Below, one piece after another: positions 16,801-26,463 of a stretch of 29,097 bases of DNA. The position numbers were made by a program, and so were the translations under genes. The stretch's first letter is position 1; the number at the start of each line of letters is the position of its first letter. The stretch lies in contig JBHGNT010000391.1 of assembly GCA_043228905.1 (NCBI GenBank), positions 1 through 29,097 on the forward strand. Direction: 5' to 3'. The notes below the pieces were generated by a model. It saw nothing but the letters and a program-made list of their open reading frames with translations. It did no database searches and was not told where the DNA came from. The DNA comes from Azolla caroliniana. Lineage: Eukaryota; Plantae; Polypodiophyta.

Positions 16801-19800
16801 CCTCATGAATGAATCCGTCCTTTGATCTGTGTAAAAACTGTGTCTTATAATGGGAAGAATCTAGGAAGAGAGAATGTAGAGGAGAGATAATAAAGATGAA
16901 AGCGAGTGGAGGTCTAGAGCAGCCACCCTCAAACAGACACCATGTTCAATTCAAGATGTGCAATGATTCTTGGGGTTTGCAAATTGATACTGCAATTTCA
17001 TTAAGAGTTACTCACAAGTTGTCTTGTCCCTCATATGGACACCAAGTGCAACCGAGGCATTTGATATTTTGGTCGGTGTTGACCTTGAAAAGCCGTTTAT
17101 TTTAGAAGTGCATCAAATTTTGCATTAGGACATATTTTATCGCAAATAACACATGATGAGAAATTGCATTCAGATGCATTTCATTCAAGAAAGTTCAAAC
17201 CTGCAAAAATCAATTATAAAATCCATGACAAAGAATTGTTGGCAATTGTTGACTCTTTGGAGCAAGGAACCTAAGCTTCAAGTTGGTAATCATGTAGGTC
17301 TATTACGACGTAATGTGAAGACTACTACGCCATGTGACAAGTTGGATTTCCAACGCCTAGAACCATTTGTAATCTCTGATCAAGTCAACGATGTTGCATT
17401 TCGTTTGGACTTGCCTTCGCATATGCATCTTCATCCAATATTTCACGTTTCATTGTTAGAACCATGGACACCAAGTTCTATCCCGAACCAGGTTGTTCCA
17501 TCACCACCTCTAGGTAGAAGCTATTTTGAACTCCAAGATCATCCGTAACAAGTTACATTACCTTCTAGACTGGCTTAGATACACGCCTATGGATTGAACA
17601 CGGGAACCCGCAAAGAGTGTCGTTAATGCCCCGAACTTATACAGGAGTTTCATCTTTGCACGTTTAATGTGACAATAAGACCAAACACAGAATATAAATA
17701 TTCACCCTTTTTCTCTTACACTAGTTGTTGTGACTATTATCTGTGTCAACTAGCTAACTCTGTAGTAGACTATTATCTGTGAGCACACGGAAGGACAACC
17801 ATTGTAAGCTAGTCTCATATGTGATAGAAATTCTGTATTGACACATACATCTCTATGAGTGAAACTCGATATGCCTATCCAGTCAATTCTCGCTATTTAT
17901 AGCATAATGGTTTCTTGGGGAAAACACAATGGATTTATCTCTATGTAAATGTCACCATTAATCAATTTATAACAGAATTACATTTGAACTCAAAGATGGA
18001 GATAAATACACAAAATGAAAGAAAGGATACAAACCAAAGAGAAAAACATGAAAATTCCAGCAACGTCATAAACTTGATTATTCAATGTTATTACAACTTA
18101 ATCTAAAACAAACTAAACATTTTCGAGCAGCAAAACATAAGATCTTAAACTTAGCATTACACTATACCGTATCAAATTACGTTACATAACATATTTATAA
18201 GGTAAATATACAAGAAATGTACCACTAATTTGTTCCCTTCTTCCACAATATCTTGATGCAGAATCCAATCACCCTCTGACTTTTTCAAATTACAGATATT
18301 CTCAGCAAGCTCAATGATTTGGTACTCGGTTAGCTGTAAAAACATAACTATAGTCTTATTTTCTTCATGAAGAAATTGTATAGAAAACAAACTTATGTGA
18401 AGCAAACATTCACGCCATTCGGTTTGAGCTTTATCATATTCCAAACAGTACAAGAAAAGAATTTCTATGTAGTCAAATTTCCAATTTAACATGGTTTAAG
18501 TAAGCTGTATAGCACCCAAAACTCAAAGCTGAATCAATAAAATATGCACGAAAACTAGTTGAAACCCTAAAACATACTTGAAGAAATGACGAAAGCCAAA
18601 GAAAGAATGCTAATAGCAAGTTCCAAAACTAGTTAAAGCTAATTTTAGATCCATATAAAATCCTCATATAAGTCATCCACTTCGATATCATCCTGAAAAT
18701 AATTGAAGTTGTGGATTTGAGTGCACTACAAAAGCTCTCCAGATTAAAGAGCTTCAAAGATCTGTTATTAAAAGGACAAGAGCTCTGGCTTTTTACCATG
18801 AAAATCAATAATGCAGCACATTCTATACAATTAGTCTCCCAATTTTCCACTATCTAGTTTTCTAAAGTAAAGTTCATGGAGAACCCAAATTTGGTGCTTA
18901 TTGCGTGATATATTAAATCTGAGTAGCACAAATCATGAGTTTTTTTAAGAATGAAATGTGAAGCCCATACTCTGCTATTTAGACAGATTATCTGCTACTT
19001 AAAAAGCTATTCCTCAATCTGGACAGCAACACACTCAAAGACGCAATAAAATGTCCTTAAATCTTTGATAATTCCTAAGAAGACATGGAAATTTTCACCA
19101 TAATATATCCACATAACATTGATCAAATTTGGGAGGTCTTTATCAATAAAAAAGAAGGTTAAGCAATTGAATCCAAGGACAAGTAATAAAAAATTTCACG
19201 ATCGCATGTCAACATAAAATCAATTAATTTGGGAGGTTTTTATCAAGAGAAAACCAAGGTGACGCAAATGATATGTTGCCAAAATAGTATGCATAGCACA
19301 GCTAATAAAATAGCATTTTTCAACCAATCGAATACCTGGTAATTGATCCCTTTGTCAGTATTGTTTTTTGAGCATCAGCTGTTTTTATATGCATACAAAT
19401 GAGAGACTATTATTTATGGAGACAAGCATATAGGTTTTTACAAGTTTAGTTAAAGACAATGATGTTGGTCCGAGACCCTGTTTTTTATCATATAAATGTC
19501 ATGAAACAACTACTTTTAAGTAGCAAAAACGTAATTCATTTTACGTTATTTGTTCCATTTTTTCCTATTATTTTGCCATTTTAACTTTTAAATGGATACA
19601 CTCTTTCTAACGTATCTGAGAGTTCAAGTACTGAGGTTTCATAAGCTGTTTCAGTGCCATTGTCTTCACGATTATTCTGTACTTATCTTTCTCCCCCTTG
19701 GAAATGCATACATTCTTTCTCACAGATTCAGAGTTTGGAAACACTGAGATTTCCCCATACCTGTTTGGGAGCAATTTCTTCACGTTTCTTAGACACGAGG

Positions 19801-19985
19801 AGGGACATTTGCTTTGCGATCTGATTGCAAACAGGGCACTTGATATACTTGACATCTCCTTTCCGAGCTACAGCGGGGGGTTTGGATGCAGGTTTAGCGA
19901 AGGTAAAAGAAGGAATCAAAACGAGGAGGAGGAGGAGGAGGATTATGGAAGGAGAAGAGCAAACAGAGAGCCTGAGACTGGCCAT
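13702..19985 (-). CDS. SES1: SES1-like (At4g29520 family) saposin-B/Canopy-like ER protein, 7 exons, 317 aa: join(19761-19985,18223-18333,15563-15631,15175-15306,15019-15096,14355-14501,13702-13893)
   Basis: Signal peptide, then [53 protein letters not shown], an acidic tract, KWW and terminal STEL. All six introns are GT-AG and splice in frame. Confidence 0.92.
14355..14501 (-). CDS. SES1: SES1-like exon 6 (49 aa, acidic tract)
   Basis: CTGCAG|DMPGAPG...PNFR|GTAAGA. Confidence 0.92.
15019..15096 (-). CDS. SES1: SES1-like exon 5 (26 aa)
   Basis: AACAG|DRTPGE...MRSMS|GTACGT. Confidence 0.92.
15175..15306 (-). CDS. SES1: SES1-like exon 4 (44 aa)
   Basis: AATAG|VIGYHDTD...PPVPK|GTAGAT. Confidence 0.92.
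15563..15631 (-). CDS. SES1: SES1-like exon 3 (23 aa)
   Basis: GGCAG|[23 protein letters not shown]|GTTGGT. Confidence 0.92.
16440..16840 (-). mobile_element. Decayed non-LTR (LINE) ORF2 C-terminal fragment in SES1 intron 2
   Basis: [34 protein letters not shown] followed by [12 protein letters not shown] resembles the Cys/His-rich LINE ORF2 end. Boundaries approximate. Confidence 0.65.
16950..17660 (+). mobile_element. Internally deleted chromovirus (Tcn1/Tf2-like Gypsy) remnant in SES1 intron 2
   Basis: RNase [13 protein letters not shown]...[26 protein letters not shown] (~17110-17260) joins directly to post-integrase [10 protein letters not shown]...[11 protein letters not shown], then chromodomain VEAILNSK...YLLDWLRY...REP (~17513-17630). 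Confidence 0.85.
18223..18333 (-). CDS. SES1: SES1-like exon 2 (37 aa)
   Basis: TTTTACAG|LTEYQ...GNKLV|GTACAT. Confidence 0.92.
19761..19985 (-). CDS. SES1: SES1-like exon 1 (75 aa, signal peptide)
   Basis: ATG at 19985; donor CAG|GTATGG. Confidence 0.9.
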
Positions 19986-20091
19986 CTCTCGTCTGTCTGT
20001 CTGTGCGAGTGTTCGTTTGAGAAAGAAAGAAAGAAAGAAAGAAAGGGTCAGGAAATGAAGAGAAAATATGTGTATGTATATGTATGTAGCA

Positions 20092-20391
20092 GCTCGTGAC
20101 TAACTGCTACCAAATATTAAAGAGGGCAAGTGAGGGAATCGCGGAGAGGGACGGTGCAGGTCGCACCGTTGTTGGCGCGTTCGATCTCCACCGTCCAAGA
20201 TGGATAAAAAGCTGACAACGTCTGTCACAAGGAGCCCGACTTTGTGAAAAGGAGCCCGACTCTGTCAAAAGGAGCCCCGCTGTCAAACAACCTCTACAAG
20301 AGGGAGCCCGACTCTGTCAGAAGGAGCCCCGCTGTCAGACCACATCAGTAAGAAGGAGCCCGACTCTGACAAAAGGAGCCCGACTCTGTAG
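20092..20391 (+). repeat. Left TIR with 7 subterminal GGAGCCC(GACTCTGTC) repeats
   Basis: Copies near 20231, 20251, 20271, 20303, 20323, 20355 and 20375. Confidence 0.9.
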
Positions 20392-20571
20392 CAACAAACA
20401 TCAAAAACTCCACAAAATTGTAAGTGTACAACAAATATTTGCCATGAAACTGATCATAAAATTTCTCAACAAAACCTAAAGATTCAAATAACAAGTCTTA
20501 CATAAAATATTAAAATGTCAAATGTTGACAACCCTAAAATGAAATATGAATATACACGTTACATATTAAGA

Positions 20572-22221
20572 TTATGGCTCATGTCGGGATGATTGCAAGA
20601 TGCAACCACAATTTTTACAGCATGTAACATTTGAGTCCCTTGAAGTCAAGGTCAAGCCATCACAACGCAAACACCGAACCTTCTCATGGTCAACCAATGG
20701 CAATCTCCTCCTAGCCCGACTAGCACCTCTTTGTAGTTTTCCGGAGTGGGATTTGGAAGTGTTTGGGGAGCTGCCAATAAGTTCTTGCGAGATGTCTATT
20801 GTTGCACTTCTTTTGGCACCGATTTGTTGGTTGCGACTTATTGATCTACCATCTTCTTTATTGGTTGATTTTGGTGCACCAACGCGATACACCTTCTCAG
20901 CCACATCTTCCAATGTTTGTATACCTTCGACAATAGTTGCACGGTCGAAGGTTCCTAACCCTTGCTCGAGACATTGAAGTGCTTTCATGACCGTTTGTAT
21001 TTTGGACTTGAATGATTCAATCTCGGATATTGTGGGGTTTGTCTCCTCTACTTGCTCTACCTCTGCCTCCACTTCTATTTCTGTATTATGGTCCATTCGC
21101 ATTTGGGTCGCGTGATCTATAAAAGGCAATGAGCCACATAAATGTGGCATATGCCTCTCAATAATCATTCGGATACCTAGTAAATGCTTACATTTACTCA
21201 CAATGTCTTGGCAATCACAATATGAGCATTGGAGTGAGACATTATACCATAGAGTGGGAGTCGTCATGCTCAAGATTCTAAACCAATATCGGGCCTCGTC
21301 GACAATTTCAATTGTGGAAGTATTGTCGACATACCTTTCCAATATTCTCTCCGCTTCTTTAAGTCGGGACCTTTGATCCCTACAATTCGCACGGGGTGCA
21401 AACCGACCACTCTCACATATTTCTTGTCGTTGCTTGTACCACTCTATTACCGTTCCTCCTATGCAAGTGCCAGTTTCACTATCCCCGATTAAGACATGCA
21501 GAAGGTCGGTAATTGATCGGTTTATTCTTCCCCTCAAGGTAGTATACTTGATAAACTGCCAATGTCTTTCCACAATATTGGTAGTGTCAACGTGTCCATA
21601 GTTGAACATTCTACCAAACTTGGGCCAGAGTTTCCTCCACACACATGTCAAGCCACACCATCCTCCTTCTATATATTGCCAAACACCGGGCTTGTCCACA
21701 TATTCTAACTTTAACTCCTCACACATTGCATTGAATGATGATTCAGTAATGCATTGCATCAGTTGGCACATTCGTTGATAAAGATGGATTCTCTCATTTG
21801 CACTTACTTTTGGCAACAAGTTGTCCACCCATGACTTTTTGGCGTGAAACTGACACAACAAAAGTCGACAATGTGTTTGGGACCGTTGCCCATTTACAAC
21901 AATCCAAGATTGACGGTCTGTTGCAACCACATTAGTTATGGCATTATATGATGTCCAACATTTATCGATCACTATCGCATTTGGCCTCACCATGGGCATC
22001 CTTGCGAATATGACTCTCAAACAAGTTTCTAATGCCACTTGCTCATGGTTTGACCCCTTATCAGAACTACAAAGCATGTACCATAATGGGATCCCAATTC
22101 CCATGGCGTTGGGGGCAACTGCTGCATATAATGGTAGCCCGAATTGGTTTGTTTTAAATGTCGAGTCGATTGCCCAAGAGTTGTTTAGGGTCAACCGCTC
22201 ACATGAAAGGGTTGTTTGAAC
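20572..22221 (-). CDS. MULE transposase: catalytic core, SWIM zinc finger and C-terminal zinc ribbon; N-terminus not found
   Basis: IDSTFKTN (first D), IVIDK (second D), LCQFH (CxxH), TTNIVE (E), SWIM CDC...CKHL, terminal CLRC...CKNC. Frame is open back to a candidate acceptor TTTTCAAAATAG|VQT at 22221. Confidence 0.9.
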   Translation of the reverse strand, partial: VQTTLSCERLTLNNSWAIDSTFKTNQFGLPLYAAVAPNAMGIGIPLWYMLCSSDKGSNHEQVALETCLRVIFARMPMVRPNAIVIDKCWTSYNAITNVVATDRQSWIVVNGQRSQTHCRLLLCQFHAKKSWVDNLLPKVSANERIHLYQRMCQLMQCITESSFNAMCEELKLEYVDKPGVWQYIEGGWCGLTCVWRKLWPKFGRMFNYGHVDTTNIVERHWQFIKYTTLRGRINRSITDLLHVLIGDSETGTCIGGTVIEWYKQRQEICESGRFAPRANCRDQRSRLKEAERILERYVDNTSTIEIVDEARYWFRILSMTTPTLWYNVSLQCSYCDCQDIVSKCKHLLGIRMIIERHMPHLCGSLPFIDHATQMRMDHNTEIEVEAEVEQVEETNPTISEIESFKSKIQTVMKALQCLEQGLGTFDRATIVEGIQTLEDVAEKVYRVGAPKSTNKEDGRSISRNQQIGAKRSATIDISQELIGSSPNTSKSHSGKLQRGASRARRRLPLVDHEKVRCLRCDGLTLTSRDSNVTCCKNCGCILQSSRHEP

Positions 22222-22261
22222 CTATTTTGAAAAGAGAGTTTTAGGGTATTTGGAGGGAAGA

Positions 22262-22350
22262 ATCAGAGAGGAGCACCCCTTCCCACCAAAATCAGAGAGG
22301 CACAACACTTTCCGCCAGAATCCGAGAGGAGCACCACTTTCCGCTAGCGA
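22262..22350. repeat. Three degenerate ~29-bp tandem repeats between transposase and Ulp1-like region
   Basis: ATC(A/C)GAGAGG...CAC...TTCC(C/G)C units near 22262, 22291 and 22320. Confidence 0.7.
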
Positions 22351-22552
22351 GCACTTCCCAACCACCTACATTCGATCTACAAAATGAAGGCAATATAATA
22401 GGTATGTATTTTCATGGTTTTTTTATTTTTTACATCGTTTAGGGTTTCTTTTCATTTACATTTGATCACATGGTTCCATATTCTAACATGGTGAGACACT
22501 TAGTTGTTCCATTTTTCAAATGTATCATATAAATGCATTGTTATAATTTCAG

Positions 22553-23169
22553 CATCAATATGAAGGAATGTTGAGGAGGAGCCCAATAGTCTATTGTGAC
22601 CCGTTGAATAATCCACCGATGGGCAGCTTGAAGACATTGGGTGATTTGGTGATACGTCATATCTCTACTGTTGCACCCAATCATTGCATCATTAGCGACG
22701 AGCGACATCATGTATTGCATATCCTGACCCAACCCAATGGGACAGATTGTGGGTTTTACGTGATGCTTACAATTTGGATGATGGTTGAGGAGTTCATTCA
22801 AGGATCCGATTCAACATATTTTGTAAGTATGGCCCAAGTATTGAATAATGGCATTTGTTATTGTAAGAGCTGCAACAAATGTGTGCATTGGTGTAGGGTA
22901 AGGAGCAATGGTTTGGATTCGAAGATGTGGAGCTCCTTCGAAAACGTTGGCAAAATGGGCACGCTGGATTTTGGGCTTTCCCATATATTAACCAGAGGAA
23001 ATGTTATACTTTGCAACAAAAAATATATGATATTGGTGTATTATCAAGCTTTTTTGTATCAATTTTTTGTAACAATGCTGTAAATCGTTTTAGTACGTTG
23101 GAACCAAGGCTGCCAACCTTTTTTGCATATTGTAACCAAGGCAACTTGAATGATTGTGGCATGTGGTAA
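22553..23169 (+). CDS. Ulp1-like (peptidase C48) cysteine protease fragment carried by the MULE; exons 22553-22822 and 22897 onward; possibly a pseudogene
   Basis: TTTCAG| then IVYCDPL (catalytic-Asp-like) and QPNGTDCGFYVM (catalytic Cys), |GTAAGT. In-frame next exon GKEQWFGFEDVELLRKRW. A second motif QGNLNDCGMW at 23137-23166. No clear catalytic-His (HW) exon found. Confidence 0.65.
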
Positions 23170-24730
23170 ATGGTTGATTTTGTAATATGGCATCTATATG
23201 TCTTGTGTATCTTCTTCTTGCCTCTTATTTGTAACATGGATGTAAAGCTTGTTTATATGAAATTGTTTGTATACATGTTGATGAGTTTTGATTCTGTTCA
23301 GAGGATGAAGTTTTGATTTTTCGGTTTTTGTATGCAATGGATTTTGTTTAGAGGATATGATTAATTGACAACATGAGTAATGCAATGGGTTTACTTATGA
23401 TACATTCTTATGCCAATGGATTTACTTATGATCTACTTTGAGGGTGATGATCTACTTTTGTATAACCAAAACTGATGATGATGTATATGGATTTTGTAAT
23501 ATCAAAATCAATATTTGAATCTCATTTTGGTTGTATCTAACTCAATGTGGAGTTAGATCTGTTTTATAGTTATGTTTGGTGTTCTTTTATAGGAAAGTCC
23601 AATAACTTGTGCCTTCATATATTTGCCTTTATTAATCATTAAATTGAGTAAGATCTTGAGGAGTTTGAGACATTGGATTAACCCTTCTATTTTATTATCG
23701 CTTTATTATACTTAGTCCATGATACATATTGTTAATATAGTCTCACAGGTTATCAATCTCTATGCATAAAAAATGCTAGTAGATCTCCAATGACATTAAG
23801 TTTCAAGTTTCAAATAAGGGTTAATGTTGAAAATTCTGTTTGAAATTCTCAAAAATCATTCTGTTCTGTGTATATATATTTTTACACAAATTTGTATCTA
23901 TGAACTAAAACTACATATTGGGGCATCTTTATATGACACCTTTTTGCTCATTTTTTCTCACATTGTTATATTTCTTTGTGAAGCGAACATAAATCACAAC
24001 TTTGTTATGTTATACATGTAGCTGCACTGAAAAGGCCATCATGGTAATATCTCAATGTTCTTATATGAATAGCCATTGATTTATTGTATGGATCTTGGGT
24101 GTGTTAAACCAAGGATTTTCTGTTCAATGCTCAAAAAGGGTCACAATTCAATCTTATAGACAATCCTATAAGAATACTAATATATGAGTTCAATACATGC
24201 TAAACTTGTCCTATTATCATGAGATATTGTAGTTGAGTAATGTTAAGAGGTAATGGACTAGAATAGAATCTATTCTTATTTTCCATTCAACAAATTTCGG
24301 TCTATGGGAGCAATTAAACATGTCATCATATATGTGATCCCTTGTGAAGGGGGTTTGCTATTTTGTAGTTAAAAATTTTGTGAATGTAATCAATGTGCTT
24401 ATATGCTCATCCTTCTTGGTGGGATTTGAGTATCATGCTTCTCTAGTACGACATCATACTTATTGCATCCGATGAGCATGTGAGAATGATATTCACCATC
24501 CACAAGGTTTTCTACGCATACCTTGTATATATTCAAAATTGGGTAGTATTATATTGATACTGGTACTCTAGAGGGATGTATGTATGGAAATTTATTTTTA
24601 CACCCTAATAGGGAATCTTTCATGTGGATTGAAATGTTATAGGTGCCACTGTTTTTTGTACTCTTTAGTAGTTGTTTGCTATGTCTATTTAACCTTGGAA
24701 ATTCCAAGTGGTGTCCAATGCTTCCTACAA

Positions 24731-25052
24731 GTTTGAAAATGTGAATGTGTTATTGTGTCATTTCTTCTTGTGTTGATTGATGATCCATAGGTAGTAGTAT
24801 TCCATGGTAGAAAGTCAAAGAATCAAGAAAATGCCCAGATTATGAAAGCCAACTTTACATGGAACATGAGTGAGTTGCATATTATTGTGAATAGAGTGAA
24901 CGAGTGAGTTTGAAAATGTGAATGTGTCATTTCTTCTTGTTTTGGCTCATGATCCATAGGTAGAGTATTCCATGGTATAAAGTCAAAGAATCAAGAAAAA
25001 GCCCAAATTACGAGAGTTAACTTAACTTGGAACATGAGTGAGTTGCATATTA
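24731..25052. repeat. Diverged direct duplication with ~177-bp period inside the MULE
   Basis: GTTTGAAAATGTGAATGTG...GGAACATGAGTGAGTTGCATATTA at 24731 and 24908. Confidence 0.9.
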
Positions 25053-25439
25053 AAGTGACAATCAACATAGCCCAAATGGTAAGAGCTAATTTTACTTAAA
25101 CAAAAGTGTTAAGGGCAAGATGCGGATTAGAAGGATCATAGGGTAAAAGATCTACAATTGCAAAAGACAAGAATTCATCACGTTGTAACTTGTAAAAACG
25201 AGAATTCAATACCACTATTATGATCCTTAAATGTAAATGAAGTGTAAAGTGACTAACCAAATGTTGAAACCCTAATAAAGAAAGTAATCGAAGAAGGAAA
25301 AAAACCAAAGAGAAAGAATTAAAAAGAAGAAGGATTTGAACCATAAACCTAGCAAAACTTAGGGATAACTCTAACCAATACCCTATTCATTTTTATTTCA
25401 TTATATTGTATATTATTCTTTATTACTTTTACTTTTTTG

Positions 25440-25769
25440 AGAGTCGGGCTCCTACCCACAGTTGGTCAGGCTCCTAGTGACAGAGGTTGTCAGACAGCAG
25501 GGCTCCTTTTGACAAAGTTGGGCTCCTGGTGACAGAGGCTGTCAGACATCGGGGCTCCTTATGACAGAGTCGAGCTCCTGGTGGCAGAGGTTGTCAAAGA
25601 GTCGGGCTCCTTGTGTCAGAGTCGGGCTCCTGGTGACAGTCGTTGTCAACTTTTTATCCAGATGGGACGGTGGAGATCGCATGCACCATTAACTGAGCGA
25701 CCTGCACCGTCCGTGCTCGTGATTCCCTCACTTGCCCTCTTTAATTTTTGGTAGTAGTTAGACACGAGC
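25440..25769 (-). repeat. Right TIR with ~8 subterminal repeats (GACAGAGTCGGGCTCC on plus)
   Basis: Reverse complement aligns by eye with 20092-20391, with scattered substitutions. Confidence 0.9.
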
Positions 25770-25852
25770 ATGTATGTATGGACATGTATGCATGAATGTA
25801 TGTCTCTATGTATGTATGTATGTATGTATGTATGTATGCATGTACATATGTA
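25770..25852. repeat. (TATG)n-rich spacer between two MULE termini
   Basis: Direct reading, 83 bp. Confidence 0.9.
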
Positions 25853-26335
25853 GCTCGTGTCTAACTACTACCAAATATTAAAGAGGCCAAGTGAGGTCGC
25901 TCAACTGAGGGTGCGTGCGATCTGCACTGTCCGATGTGGATAAAAAGCCAACCGTGTTTGTCACAAGGAGCCTGACTGTCTGATAGCCTCTATCACCAAG
26001 AGCTCGACTCAAAGCTTGGCCTTGTGGTTAAGAGTTATTCTTAGAATGTGATAGGTGTATAGTTCAAAACTTTTCTTTGACTTCTTTATTTCTTCAACTT
26101 CTTTCTTTTTGGTTTTCTTCTTCTTCGACTTCTTTCTTTTTTAGGGTTTCAACATTTGGTTTTAGGGTGTGTAGACACTTTACAATTCATTTACATTTAA
26201 GGGTCCCTATTAGTGGTATTGAACTCAACACCTTAAATATAAAATGTGTTCATTTTTTACATCACAAGTTTGTAGTTGTGGGCACATAGGTTACACCTCA
26301 TGATATTCACTTGCCACTCTTAACTTTTAGAGAAG
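25853..26335 (+). mobile_element. Terminus of a second, more decayed MULE of the same family, inverted relative to the right end of the first
   Basis: Starts GCTCGTGTCTAACTACTACCAAATATTAAAGAGG; 26025-26330 resembles the reverse complement of 25100-25375 (TTAGGGTTTCAACATTTGGTT, CATTTACATTTAAGG, TAGTGGTATTGAA). Confidence 0.85.
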
Positions 26336-26353
26336 GCTCGATACTATGCTTAG

Positions 26354-26408
26354 TGTAAAGAATCAGGTGTGATTTTGTGCAGTAGAAGTGATGTGTGTGT
26401 GTGTGCAC

Positions 26409-26463
<55 letters not shown>

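Larger units (their letters stand above)
20089..25769. mobile_element. Mutator-like DNA transposon (MULE), ~5.7 kb, with long TIRs, transposase and Ulp1-like cargo
   Basis: Ends GCTCGTGACTAACTGCTACCAAATATTAAAGAGGGCAAGTGAGGGAATC (20092) and its inverted counterpart ending at 25769. Candidate 9-bp TSD ATGTATGTA at 20080-20088 and 25770-25778; the left end has 3 extra bases (GCA). Confidence 0.92.

Noticed and set aside
19125-19272. ~45-bp imperfect direct repeat (AATTTGGGAGGT...) at ~100-bp spacing in SES1 intron 1
   Set aside because: Ordinary local duplication with no further structure.
20225-20395. Regularly spaced ~16-bp repeats (also 25440-25640) resembling a CRISPR array or iterons
   Set aside because: Spacers are very short and non-unique, no cas genes are present, the context is eukaryotic, and the repeats are mirrored at both element ends, so they are transposon subterminal repeats.
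24380-24720. Minus-strand YKVCVENLVDGEYHSHMLIGCNKY, a possible LINE zinc-finger remnant inside the MULE
   Set aside because: Too degenerate to call without a profile search.
26335-26348. Minus-strand CATAGTATCGAGCC resembling a tRNA-iMet PBS (TGGTATCAGAGC)
   Set aside because: Needs a mismatch and a gap, lies 7 bp from the inferred LTR end, and follows what should be a 3' LTR; cannot be supported.
26388-26460. N-terminal ERERER extension of the 222-aa ORF
   Set aside because: Translation of (GA)n fused by chance to the truncated LINE frame.
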